From an uncultured Acidobacteriota bacterium (GTDB lineage: Bacteria; Acidobacteriota; Vicinamibacteria; Vicinamibacterales; 2-12-FULL-66-21): DNA of 64,000 bases. The stretch is taken from NCBI GenBank assembly GCA_963755695.1, contig CAVWLB010000009.1, positions 206,004-270,003 on the forward strand, read 5' to 3'. How positions within the stretch are numbered: the stretch's first letter is position 1; each line of letters opens with the position of its first letter. The notes under the pieces were generated by a model. That model saw only the letters and a program-made list of their open reading frames with translations, searched no databases and was not told the DNA's origin. The position numbers were made by a program, and so were the translations under genes. Shown here in pieces: positions 40,701-50,593 of the stretch.

Positions 40701-41333
40701 CTATCTGTAATTCAGGCGGCGTTTCCGGACCGCCATCGCGAGTCCTGAGGCGACGAGCAGCAGGCAGCCCGGCTCCGGCGTGGCGGCAACGCCAACCCGA
40801 AGATCGTCGGAGCGGTTGAACGTCACGTTGGCAAACGAGAGCGTCCGCCGATCCGCAGAAATCATCAATGAGTCGTTCCGCGGTACGAACTCAAACCCTT
40901 GGGCGGACAGGCTCGTAGGGAATGTGGTGGACCCGAAGTTCGTCGCGAGGAGACTGGAGGCCAGCGCCTCCAGACCGAGAATCGGCCTCGGAAATGTGAT
41001 TGACCCGCTATACGCCGTACCTGACGGCTGGTTGCCGAAGCTGTGGAAGTAGAAGACGTCGAGCGCGGTGCCGACGGGAATGGTGCCCGGGGTGAGGCTC
41101 GCCAGGGTCGAGTAAGAACCTGGCATGCTGATATCGACGGCAACGGGAGAGTCCAGCACAGTCCTGCCCTGGAAGAACACCCATGCGGATGAGCCGGTGG
41201 GGACCAGCACTACCGACGGAGGGGCCGACATCACCGTCGCTTGACCGGTCACCGTTATCGGATCGGCGCTCGCCGGGAGGACCGATAGCGTGCACCAGAG
41301 CACGGCAAGCGGGATGAACAGCAGGCGTCTCAT
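40701..41333 (-). CDS. PEP-CTERM protein
   Basis: Signal peptide (ASA-DPIT); Ser/Thr-rich body; TPEPGCLLLVASGLAMAVRKRR. Confidence 0.88.
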   Translation of the reverse strand: MRRLLFIPLAVLWCTLSVLPASADPITVTGQATVMSAPPSVVLVPTGSSAWVFFQGRTVLDSPVAVDISMPGSYSTLASLTPGTIPVGTALDVFYFHSFGNQPSGTAYSGSITFPRPILGLEALASSLLATNFGSTTFPTSLSAQGFEFVPRNDSLMISADRRTLSFANVTFNRSDDLRVGVAATPEPGCLLLVASGLAMAVRKRRLNYR

Positions 41334-41456
41334 AATCCCTCCGCAGATGGACTTCCGCAGCCGTCACCGCTGTGGTAGTTCATTGCCAACGAATGGATAG
41401 ACCGGTTCCCAGATATCCTCCGCCATGGGCTATTTCGCGCACCGGCGCACGGGTGG

Positions 41457-41472
41457 TGCAAACACAATGCCC
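41457..41472 (-). promoter_or_regulatory. Sigma54-like promoter of the PEP-CTERM gene
   Basis: GGGCATTGTGTTTGCA on the minus strand. Confidence 0.6.
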
Positions 41473-41727
41473 CTGCTGACAATCAGTAGCTGCTGAAGCT
41501 CGGCATTCAAGAAGGATTGCCGTCACACGCTGGCTCACACCAAAAAGCGGGCGCCTCCTTGGTCAGGCGGATCGGCCTCGGTATTCGGTACGCCTTGTGC
41601 CGCCGGCTCTCGCCGCAGCTCATCCGGCGTGACCAACGCAACCTCGCCGTCGCCGCTCCCCTCGACGACGGTATGATCTCGGGCTGAAGTTCAGCCGGTT
41701 TCGCTGCGCGGCAGACCGGCGATTGCG

Positions 41728-42744
41728 TCAGCGATTGCCGTCCATGTAGGGCGCGCGGTTATTCGCGATGATCTTGAATTCGGCGTCATTGAGCGGCAGT
41801 CGCCTGAATGCCTCCCAAGCCTTTTTGGGTGTGTACTCGGGCGGTTGGGCTCCGTCCGAACCGTAGAGCACGCGGTCGACTCCGATCTGACGAATCCGTG
41901 TTGCGATCAAATCGAGCTTCCCGGTCGGCTTCTCCACTCCAATCACACCCGACGCATCGAAGTACACGTTCTTCATGCGCGGGTCGCGATTCGCAATCGC
42001 GTCGACGAACACCGCAAGGGCCTCGTCTATCGCTGGATCGTCGTAGCCTCCGGCACCCGCGAGATGTGCGATCTGCACCGGCACGTCAGGCGCGAATGGA
42101 AGCATTTCGTTCAGGAAAGCTCGGGCCGATCGTTCGCCGTAGGGTCGTTTGGCTGTGACCGACGAGCGCATGTGAACCACGATCGCCATCCTGCGTTCGT
42201 TGGCCGCCGCGAACACCGGCTGGAGCTTCTTCACGTGCTCGGGGTTCGTGAGATCCACGTCCGAATTTCCGAAGTGCAGCTTGACACCGAAACGAAGCTG
42301 CGGGATTCGAGCGCAACGGGAGATCTCCTCGAGCGCGTATGGTTTGAGCGGATTCAACCCGCAGAAGCCTCGCAGGCGGTCCGCAAGCGGTGCGATTTGC
42401 GCAGCGGTCCAGTCGTTTTCCGCTTTCACCGCCGGGTACTCATCGGGTACGGCCGGCTTGTTCGGGTTGCCGAACTGATACCCCAGTGACAGGACAACGG
42501 CACGGCCGATTCCCCCCTCGTCCAGCATTTTCACGAGCTCGATTGCGTTCATCGGCCGCAATGTCGGCGAGATCTTCCCGACCGCAGGGCTGAACAGGTG
42601 TTGATGGTGGTCGATTACCGGCGTCAGCGAGTCGGACGCCGCTGGCGTGGCCGGTTGCCGCGCAACGAGGTGAGCTGCCACACACGCAAGGATGACCAGA
42701 ATGAGCTTCGCCGTTCCACTCGTCCTTGCCGATTGAACCACCAT
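41728..42744 (-). CDS. Secreted amidohydrolase (amidohydro_2 family)
   Basis: IDHHQH; GVKLH; VVH; IAHLAG; YFD; LYGSD. Confidence 0.85.
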   Translation of the reverse strand: MVVQSARTSGTAKLILVILACVAAHLVARQPATPAASDSLTPVIDHHQHLFSPAVGKISPTLRPMNAIELVKMLDEGGIGRAVVLSLGYQFGNPNKPAVPDEYPAVKAENDWTAAQIAPLADRLRGFCGLNPLKPYALEEISRCARIPQLRFGVKLHFGNSDVDLTNPEHVKKLQPVFAAANERRMAIVVHMRSSVTAKRPYGERSARAFLNEMLPFAPDVPVQIAHLAGAGGYDDPAIDEALAVFVDAIANRDPRMKNVYFDASGVIGVEKPTGKLDLIATRIRQIGVDRVLYGSDGAQPPEYTPKKAWEAFRRLPLNDAEFKIIANNRAPYMDGNR

Positions 42745-42874
42745 TTGCTGCTTCAATTTTCGTCGTCAGTCACTCGCTCTCTGCCGTCCGCGCGCCAATT
42801 GATCGTTCTGACTACGGGTCTTGCCATGCACCAAAAGAGTTTCCAACCGCCAGGTCCTATTGATCTCTGAAGTT

Positions 42875-44590
42875 CTAAGCGGTGGAGACAAAGCTGCTGA
42901 CAGCTTCCTCGATCGTGGCGAAGAAGCGCTGCTCACCGAAACGCGTGAAGAGGCCGAAGCGCTTCAGCTTGTCCTTGACCGGATCTTTCATCTCAGCGAA
43001 ACACATCTCGATGCCCGCGGCACGAAGCGCGGCGTCGAGCTCGACGATCGCGTCGGCGGCCGTGACATCGATGCTGGTGACCGGTTCGGCCGTGACCACG
43101 AGCCACCGGACCGGTGTCGTTGATCGCGAGACCGCCTCGAGCACGCGGTGGTGAAAGAACTCCGCGTTGGCAAAGAAGAGCGGAGCATCCCAACGGAACA
43201 GGATCAGGCCCGGGATCAGACGTGCCTGCGGATAGCGGGTGATGTCGTGATAACCCTCGATACCGTCTACACGGCCGAGCACGGCCGAATGTGGACGCCA
43301 GCCGTCCCACAGAAATTCGATCACCGCCATCACGACCGCGACCGCGATGCCCGGAATGGCGCCAAAGACCGCCACACCGGCGAGACAGGTGATTGAAAGC
43401 CAGAACTCCCAGCGCTCGATGCGGTAGATGCGCCGCACGTCGGACACTTCGATCAGGCCGATCGCCGAGGCGATGACGATAGCTGCCAGAGCCGTGTTCG
43501 GTAAATCCTGCAGCACCGACGGCGCGAAAACCAGCATCAACGCGATCGCGAGCGCGCCCACTACGCCGGTCAGCTGAGTTCGCGCGCCCGCAGCCTCCGC
43601 TACTGGTGTGCGCGACGAGCTGCTGCTGACGGGGAAGCCCTGGAAGAACCCCGCCGCGACGTTCGCGAGGCCGAGACCCACCATCTCCTGGTTCGAGTCG
43701 ACCGGCGTTCGCAGACGGGCGGCGTAGGTTCGGGAGAGCACGCTGGTATCGGCGAAGGATACGAGCGCGACGGCGACGCCGCCTGTCAGGATTGCACCCA
43801 AGCTGTCGAGGGGTACTAGCGGGAGGCGTGGCACTGGCAGTCCCTGCGGCAAAGACCCAACCACTGATATTCCCGTTCGGGTCGCGAGATCGAACACCGC
43901 CACAACAGCGGTGGCGGTGGCCACGGCGATCAGCATGCCAGGGAGACGCGGCCACCGCTTCAAGACGAGAATCAGCGCCAGCGTGCTGCCGCCAACCAGC
44001 AGCGCCGTACTGTTCGTGCTTCCGCTCCACACCTTCTGGACGATGGCCGAGAGTTGACGGAGCGGTCCTTCCGCTTTCACGGAGAAGCCCAGGAGCTTCG
44101 GGATCTGACTGAGGATCACCGTGAGCGCGATGCCGTTCATGTAGCCGTAGCGGATCGGTTTCGACAGCAGTTCGGTGATGAAGCCGAGACGGGCGACGCC
44201 CGCCGCCACACACACCACGCCGGAGACGATCGCCATCATGCCGCCCACCGCGATCGCACGCTGCGGATCGCCCGCGGCAAGCGACAACACCACGGACAGG
44301 ATCACTGCGGCGAGCGCGGAGTCCGGACCGAGCACGAGAATGCGGCTGGGACCAAACAGCGCGTACGCCAGGAGCGGCACAATCGTCGCATAGAGCCCGT
44401 TGATGCCAGGGATTCCGGATGCTTCGGCATACGCGATACCGACCGGTACGAGCATCGTCGTCATGACGAGACCGGCGACGATATCGCGGCGCAGCCAGGA
44501 TGACTCGTACCAGCGAAGGGTGCGCAGTCCGGGCATCCACCGCATCCAGCCGCTTTGGTTCGCCTGGATTGCTCGTCGAGCCGGGTCCAT
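42875..44590 (-). CDS. sulP: SulP-family anion transporter with STAS domain
   Basis: DIVAGL; PVGIAYA; GLYA; SSSSRT; FRWDAPLFFANAE; IDVTA. Confidence 0.92.
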   Translation of the reverse strand: MDPARRAIQANQSGWMRWMPGLRTLRWYESSWLRRDIVAGLVMTTMLVPVGIAYAEASGIPGINGLYATIVPLLAYALFGPSRILVLGPDSALAAVILSVVLSLAAGDPQRAIAVGGMMAIVSGVVCVAAGVARLGFITELLSKPIRYGYMNGIALTVILSQIPKLLGFSVKAEGPLRQLSAIVQKVWSGSTNSTALLVGGSTLALILVLKRWPRLPGMLIAVATATAVVAVFDLATRTGISVVGSLPQGLPVPRLPLVPLDSLGAILTGGVAVALVSFADTSVLSRTYAARLRTPVDSNQEMVGLGLANVAAGFFQGFPVSSSSSRTPVAEAAGARTQLTGVVGALAIALMLVFAPSVLQDLPNTALAAIVIASAIGLIEVSDVRRIYRIERWEFWLSITCLAGVAVFGAIPGIAVAVVMAVIEFLWDGWRPHSAVLGRVDGIEGYHDITRYPQARLIPGLILFRWDAPLFFANAEFFHHRVLEAVSRSTTPVRWLVVTAEPVTSIDVTAADAIVELDAALRAAGIEMCFAEMKDPVKDKLKRFGLFTRFGEQRFFATIEEAVSSFVSTA

Positions 44591-45927
44591 CAGAACGTCC
44601 AGAAAAATGTGAAACGCAGGATCGAGTCGCTGCGTCGACCCGGGAACTTCGACGGGTCGGGATCGTGCGCGTACCTTGCCAGCTCGAGGTTCGGACCCAC
44701 GCGAACCGACGGGTGCAGGTACCATTCACCACCGAGAATCCAGGTCGTGAACGGCGACTGGCTGCTCAACAGCCAGTAGTCGATTCCCTCCGCATCCGGC
44801 AATCCTGTTTCGAGATCGCCGAGATGCCCCTTCACGTCGTCGACGCGGACGAACAGATCGGCCTTCTTCGGAAGAAAGTCCCACACGCCGAAACCGGACC
44901 AGATCCTAATCGTCTGATCGGGGGCCCCGAGCTGACCCGACCTCCGCTCCTGCCACAGATACTGCGCCGCCACGCGCGCGACGCCCTTTCGGAACCCAGC
45001 GATGCCCTGCGCCGTTTGCCGATCCTGTCCGGCCGGCCGGCTGGCAAAACTATAGAAGGCTTCGAGAGCAACGCCGGGATTGCGCTCGTAGCGACTCTCG
45101 AAGCGCAGAATCTTGGCCTGGTTCGTCTCGGAACCGCTGCCCGAGTCGTTGCCGAATTGGGCGGCGTAGGTGAGGCCATTGACTGACGTCGGGCCGCCGA
45201 ATGTCAGTCCGAAATCGCGTGACGAGTCCATTCGATAGAGGTCTGCGGCTGTCTTCTCGATGTGCCGCAGTCCCCAGAATCCATCCAGCCACTCGAAGGT
45301 CAAGGTGGGATGAATGCCGAGCGTGAGCTCCTGCTTCCCCTTATAGGACCATTTCAGGTACGCGTCCTTGACGAAAGGCACAAGATCTCCGCCGGAAAAA
45401 TCACCGTTGCTGTTCACCTCGACACGGAACCGGGTGCTGAGCTTCTCGTTGTACGCGAAGTCGTAGGTGAAATAGATCCGCCGGAACCACAGTCCCTGCT
45501 GTCCCTCGACGGAGGTCGGATTCGTGTCGCTGATCTGATCCTGATGCCACCGGTAGTACCAATAGTAGTCGCCAAACATCAGCCCGCTGAATTGGTGCGA
45601 CGGGAACTTGGCATCCGAGGGTTCGGTGGGCTGAACGGGCTCACCGGGGAGCCCGTGTTTGAAGTTGTACAGGTTGAGCGCGAGTTCGGTGTCGAACAAC
45701 ACCGTTTCCCCACTGGGGCCGTACCCGGGTCGCTCGATCACCTTACCCGTTGGTTTGCCGTTGTTCCTGATGAACGCGTCATAGTTGGACCACACCGCGA
45801 ACACATAGATGCGACCCTCTTTCGTGACCTCGGTGTAGAAGAACGTCTGGGCTCGAACGGTTGCGGAGAAAACGCAGGCGGAGAGGAGTGCGGCAGCCGC
45901 TGCCCAACGTGCGGCGAACGATTTCAT
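44590..45927 (-). CDS. Outer-membrane porin-like beta-barrel
   Basis: Signal peptide; FSGLMFGDYY; FRRIYFTYD; FVKDAY; SSRDFG; ends FFWTF; stop overlaps the sulP start. Confidence 0.75.
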   Translation of the reverse strand: MKSFAARWAAAAALLSACVFSATVRAQTFFYTEVTKEGRIYVFAVWSNYDAFIRNNGKPTGKVIERPGYGPSGETVLFDTELALNLYNFKHGLPGEPVQPTEPSDAKFPSHQFSGLMFGDYYWYYRWHQDQISDTNPTSVEGQQGLWFRRIYFTYDFAYNEKLSTRFRVEVNSNGDFSGGDLVPFVKDAYLKWSYKGKQELTLGIHPTLTFEWLDGFWGLRHIEKTAADLYRMDSSRDFGLTFGGPTSVNGLTYAAQFGNDSGSGSETNQAKILRFESRYERNPGVALEAFYSFASRPAGQDRQTAQGIAGFRKGVARVAAQYLWQERRSGQLGAPDQTIRIWSGFGVWDFLPKKADLFVRVDDVKGHLGDLETGLPDAEGIDYWLLSSQSPFTTWILGGEWYLHPSVRVGPNLELARYAHDPDPSKFPGRRSDSILRFTFFWTF

Positions 45928-46242
45928 CGCTGAGAACTATCTTACGTTGCAGTGGCGGTATTCGGCGGGTCATGACGGTTCGGGTCCTGCCGACCAACTC
46001 GCCTTGCTGGGGGCGCTTCGGCCTCGCCGCGTTTGCGGACCAGCCGCATGTACACCTCGTCTAGTACCCTTATCTAGCGAGGTGCGAGGTGACATGATTC
46101 GTCCGCGCATCAACCACTTCTCGGGCAAGCCGACGTGGTCCAGTCGAACAGAATACTCGGGTGCTGGAGAGTAAAGTCCGCATCTGGGCTGACTTTCTGG
46201 CAGGCGGTCCGCTTTTTGTCATATTCCCGTTAACTTCGCGCG

Positions 46243-46258
46243 CGGCACCCTTCTTGCG
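46243..46258 (+). promoter_or_regulatory. Sigma54-like promoter of the PEP-CTERM/exosortase operon
   Basis: CGGCACCCTTCTTGCG, close to the TGGCAC-N5-TTGC consensus. Confidence 0.65.
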
Positions 46259-46356
46259 ACCTCAGCAGGACACACAGGAGAGAACGGCCCATCTGCGGAC
46301 GGCGGCACCCGGCCGCCGATGTCGGCCCCGCCTCGCGGTCGAAGGATTGGAAACCC

Positions 46357-46611
46357 ATGAAGAGCTCACTCATACACGCGTGTGTCCTTGCGATCGTGAT
46401 GTCCTCCGGAGTGCTCGCTGCCGCGGCACCGGGCCGCAACCCGCCTCCTCCGAAATCGAACCGCGGCGCCCAAAAACAGCGATCGGTGCCCGAACCGGCC
46501 ACGATGCTGCTCGTCTGCGCGGGAGCGGCCGCCGCGATCGGTGCCCGCAAGCTCGTGGGTCCGCGACGCAGGCGTGATGACGAGGTCGATCGTACCAACC
46601 GTGTGCGTTGA
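46357..46611 (+). CDS. Minimal PEP-CTERM protein
   Basis: Signal peptide, about 20-aa Pro/basic linker, then VPEPATMLLVCAGAAAAIGARKLVGPRRRR. Confidence 0.8.
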   Translation: MKSSLIHACVLAIVMSSGVLAAAAPGRNPPPPKSNRGAQKQRSVPEPATMLLVCAGAAAAIGARKLVGPRRRRDDEVDRTNRVR

Positions 46612-48145
46612 CCGCTCATCGGTCCGATCGGACCGTTTCGGAGCATCGGATAACGCTGTCATCGAGCGCGTGACCGGGCAGTGGGGCGCAGCGGGTTTCG
46701 TCCTCTGCTGCTCCCTGGCCCTGCTGCTCGCTCTCCATTACACGACAGTGGCGTCGCTGCTCGCGGCATGGTCTCGTGACCCGCTCGGCCACGGATTCTT
46801 CATCCTGCCCGGCATCGTGGCGCTCGCGTGGAGGCGGCGAATCGAGCTTGCTCGGCTCACGCCCACTGCGGCGCCCGTGGGATTGCTGCTGCTGGCGGCG
46901 CTGTCACTCATCTGGCTGCTCGGAAAGGCCGGCGACATCAACGCTATTCAGCAGGTCGCCGTGCTCGCGATGTGCGTTGCGCTGCCGTGGGCAGTCGTGG
47001 GTGCTGCGCCAGTGCAGACGCTGGCGTTTCCGCTGGGGCTGTTGTTCTTCGCGGCGCCCTTTGATGACGTGTTGGCCCCCCCGCTCCAGCATATGACGGC
47101 CTCCGTCGTGGCGACGATGCTGCGCTGGACCGGCCTTTCGGCGGCACTCGATCAGCATTTCATTTCGACGGCCTCGACGAGGTGGAACGTATCCGAAGCG
47201 TGCGGCGGCATCCACTACGTAGTCGCCGCGCTCGTCGTCGGTTACGTCTACGCGGGACTGGTGTATCGCCGCTGGCGCAACCGAGCGGCGTTCATCGTCG
47301 CGTCGGCGTTCATTCCCATGACGGGCAACGTCCTTCGCGTGTACACGACGGTGCTGCTCGACGAGGCGGGCGCCGATGCAGTCGTTGCCGGCATGGGGCA
47401 TTACGCCTACGGATTGGTGGTGTTCGCGGCGATGATGACCGTCCTGGTCGTCACCTGCGGCCGTTGGCGCGACGAGATGGGCGATGAGGCGCGAGAATCC
47501 TCGCTTCGAGATGATCGCGGTGTGAAATGGGCGACGTGGCGGACTGCCACGATTGTCAGTCTGGCCATGGTGTTCGTTGGTGCCAGCGCCGTGTCAGCCA
47601 ATGTATTCGCGCACCCGGTGACGGAGCACGCGCGGCCATTGGACCGGCGGCACGTGGCGGCTCCGTGGAGCGAAGTCGAAAGCAGCGCGATACGGCCGTC
47701 ACTGCGACTGAGCGTCGACGCGCTCGCCCGCGTTCAGGCCTACACGTCGGGCGAAAGCCTGGTCGCGTTATATACCGCCTCGTTTTCACCAGCGGCAGTC
47801 AATCTTGAGCTCGCCCGCGCAGTCGACTTGGACCAGGACACGCTGACTGAGGGCGGCGGACGACTCCGCAGCGTAGAACTCCCAGGGGATTCGTTGACGG
47901 TGAATGAAACGGTGCTGCGTTCTGGACAGGTGACGGTGCGTCTCTGGACGTGGTTCGAGATCGAGGGCAGAACCACCGCAAGCCGCCGCGTCGCGAAACT
48001 GTTCTTCGGGAAGGCACGGCTGCTCGGAGCCTACGAGCCGAGCCTGCAGATCGCTGTGGCGACGGAGGAACAGGATCACGTGGACGCGGTTCGTGTTCTC
48101 ACTGACTTCGTCGCGCACCTGCAAACAGTCGACGATCAGAACTAA
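46577..48145 (+). CDS. Exosortase with C-terminal EpsI-like domain (XrtA-like)
   Basis: HGFFI; FPLGLLFFAAP; PLQ; VSEACGG (catalytic Cys); NVLRV (Arg); GHYAYG (His); periplasmic domain with VRLWTWF.IEGR; start uncertain. Confidence 0.85.
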   Translation: MTRSIVPTVCVDRSSVRSDRFGASDNAVIERVTGQWGAAGFVLCCSLALLLALHYTTVASLLAAWSRDPLGHGFFILPGIVALAWRRRIELARLTPTAAPVGLLLLAALSLIWLLGKAGDINAIQQVAVLAMCVALPWAVVGAAPVQTLAFPLGLLFFAAPFDDVLAPPLQHMTASVVATMLRWTGLSAALDQHFISTASTRWNVSEACGGIHYVVAALVVGYVYAGLVYRRWRNRAAFIVASAFIPMTGNVLRVYTTVLLDEAGADAVVAGMGHYAYGLVVFAAMMTVLVVTCGRWRDEMGDEARESSLRDDRGVKWATWRTATIVSLAMVFVGASAVSANVFAHPVTEHARPLDRRHVAAPWSEVESSAIRPSLRLSVDALARVQAYTSGESLVALYTASFSPAAVNLELARAVDLDQDTLTEGGGRLRSVELPGDSLTVNETVLRSGQVTVRLWTWFEIEGRTTASRRVAKLFFGKARLLGAYEPSLQIAVATEEQDHVDAVRVLTDFVAHLQTVDDQN

Positions 48146-48172
48146 GTGGCGTATACCCGCGCCCGGCTCGGC

Positions 48173-48583
48173 TCATTGCGCCGACGGCGCGCCGAACTTC
48201 AATTGGCGCTGGTACTCTCCGTCGTCATAATGACCCTTTGACTCCGCGATCAGACCGTCGGCACCCATCGTCCATTCCTCGTAGCCGCAAATGCGAACGG
48301 ACTTGCCCGTGCCGCCAGGGCCGGTGTTCGTCCCCGTCCACGTCCAACGAAAAACCGCGTGACTCCCGTCCTGACTCACCTCGTCCATCTTCACGGCCAT
48401 GTCGGGAAACGCCGTCATGAATCCCCGGGCCGTCGCAGTGATCGCCGCCCGTCCGACGGACGGAGTACCGTTGTTGACGGTCAGCGATCCATTCTCGGCG
48501 TAGAACGAGGCGAGACGGGCCGGGTTCTGGCTGCTCCAGGCTGCCGCGTACCGAATAGCGAAGTCCGTCACCTTCTGGTTCAT
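48173..48583 (-). CDS. SnoaL/NTF2-like (ester cyclase) protein
   Basis: YAAAWSS; FMTAFPD; FRWTWTGTNTGPGGTGKSV; GLIAESKGH. Confidence 0.8.
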   Translation of the reverse strand: MNQKVTDFAIRYAAAWSSQNPARLASFYAENGSLTVNNGTPSVGRAAITATARGFMTAFPDMAVKMDEVSQDGSHAVFRWTWTGTNTGPGGTGKSVRICGYEEWTMGADGLIAESKGHYDDGEYQRQLKFGAPSAQ

Positions 48584-48697
48584 CGATGTGGTCCTCGACT
48601 CGCTAGCAGTGAAGCCTGAGGAACTCCGGCGATGAGCAGAGGCGAGCATTCACGGCGACGCGTGGTCATGTGAGGCCGCGTGGCTGGCTCGCGACGC

Positions 48698-49780
48698 TCA
48701 CTCGCTTACGACCACCGCAAATTCCCACGCGAAATCCGGCTGGACATTCTCGAACCAGCACACCAACTCCTGCAACATCGTCGCCTGCAAGATGTATGTG
48801 CCTGCGACGCTCGGCGCCACGACTCTCATCGCATACTGCACGCTGGCGTTGGCTTCCACGCAGGGGAACAGCTCGGTTCGGTCACCCCCGAACACGACCA
48901 TCGCTCGCGTGGACCGCTCGATCCAGTGGTAGGAGAGACGTACGGAATACGGCGGCATCGCGACCAACGGTACGTTCGTCGCGTTCTTGACCGTCGCATC
49001 GATCCAGAACGTTTCCGACACACCAACCGCGGCGGGTACACCGCTCACCTCGAGCGAGATCCTGGCGATGGCGTCCTGCGGGAGCGGGTGCATCTGCACC
49101 ACCTCGCGCCCGGCATCCCAGGGCGTGGCTCCTGGCAGCGGCGCCATTCGATACCTGAAGTCTTCGTAGAGGTAATGGCGCCTCATTCCACCGCCGGGCC
49201 GCAGCTTTTCATACTGCCGGACTTTGTTCTCACGCGCCGCGCGCGACCACAAGGACAGGTTGTGGTGATACAAGCCCAGATGCTGGAACAAGCCGCCGGG
49301 GCCGGGCACGGTGATCAGGTCGTGCAAACGGTCGGGAAAGGCCGTGCCCGGGACCCGGTTGCGCAGGACCCTGAGCTGCAAGTCCGGCCACAGAGGCCAC
49401 GACGCAACGTATTGCCCCCCAGGTACCACCCAGCGGCGCGGACACCAGAAGTGTGTGAGCTCCGTGGTCTTTAGGATGTCCCGCCACGAGGCCTGCTGCC
49501 AGTCAGGACTCGGCTGCTCATCGTAGTCGAGGATGAACACCCAATCGCTGTCGCACGACCGCGCCATCGCGCCCCAGTCCGCGTCATACCACTTGTCCAC
49601 CTTGAAATGGTGGACACGCCGGCTGACGCGGTTCGCGCGAAGCGATGTACCAGCCGTCACGCGATTGTCGTCGAGGAAGATGACCAGTTCGCCAAAAACC
49701 CGTCGCGCCTCCTCCATCCAGGGCATCGACTCTTCAGGGAGATGGTGCGTCGCGCACATCGCCGTGAGCTGGGTGCTCAT
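48698..49780 (-). CDS. GT2-like glycosyltransferase with C-terminal Ig-like domain
   Basis: DWVFILDYDE; WPDLQLR; LH; C-terminal V.LSYHW...PG.Y.L..TMLQELVCWF module. Confidence 0.6.
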   Translation of the reverse strand: MSTQLTAMCATHHLPEESMPWMEEARRVFGELVIFLDDNRVTAGTSLRANRVSRRVHHFKVDKWYDADWGAMARSCDSDWVFILDYDEQPSPDWQQASWRDILKTTELTHFWCPRRWVVPGGQYVASWPLWPDLQLRVLRNRVPGTAFPDRLHDLITVPGPGGLFQHLGLYHHNLSLWSRAARENKVRQYEKLRPGGGMRRHYLYEDFRYRMAPLPGATPWDAGREVVQMHPLPQDAIARISLEVSGVPAAVGVSETFWIDATVKNATNVPLVAMPPYSVRLSYHWIERSTRAMVVFGGDRTELFPCVEANASVQYAMRVVAPSVAGTYILQATMLQELVCWFENVQPDFAWEFAVVVSE

Positions 49781-50593
49781 TTGCGAAAGGTCTCGACGAC
49801 CTGTGCGCGCGGCGGGAAGTTCTTGGTAATGAGCTCCTCTTGAGGTTTGTAGATGTACGGATGCGGAAAGCCCCGGTCGACGAATGTGGGCTCGCGCAGA
49901 TTGTTATAGCGAAAATGGCAGGACCACCGGATGGCGTCGGTGATGCTGGTGCCTGATTGGTGGACGAGGAACGCCGAAAAGAACAGGGCATCCCCGCCTT
50001 CCACCTCCACCGGGACCGCTTCGACCGTGGACATCGAGTCTTCGATGTGGCCGTAGCCGTCGGACATTTCCGACTGGAGGAGTCCCAGCTTATGGCTGCC
50101 CGGGACGATCTCCCAGTGCGCCCAGCGATTGGTTGATGTCGACCAGCGGCACCCAGACGACGATCGCGTCCAGCGATCCTTGCATGCTGCGCCAGTCCTG
50201 GTGGCTGGACAGCCGCCAATAGACTTCCTTCTTCGCAAGCCGTCGCGAGTTGAAGGACAGCACCGGCCGTGTGCTGACGTTGGGGAACTCGAGGCCCAGC
50301 GCCACGATGGCGCGGACGACTCGCTCGTCGAGGGACAACCGGTGCAACGAAATCAGATGCTGGACCTGCTTGCCGCAGTTGGTGAACGTCTGCAGGTCGG
50401 CGTCAAACAATTCCGCCATCCCGCGCTCGAACATGGCTTCGGAGACGTCGTCAGTCTGAAGGAGGTTCAGACGATGCATCTGGGCGATGAAGACCTGCTT
50501 GGCTTCGTTACGGATGACGTCGATCTCCGCCCGCTGAAAAAGCCCTTTCACGAGCAGGTAGCCGTGTTCCTTGTACGATTTCACATCAATCAT
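49777..50593 (-). CDS. PhyH-family dioxygenase, frameshift near 50113
   Basis: YKEHGY; HQDWRSMQGS; VWVPL; joins LEIVPGSH..GDALFFSAFLVHQSG..IRWSCHFRY on removing one base. Confidence 0.8.
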
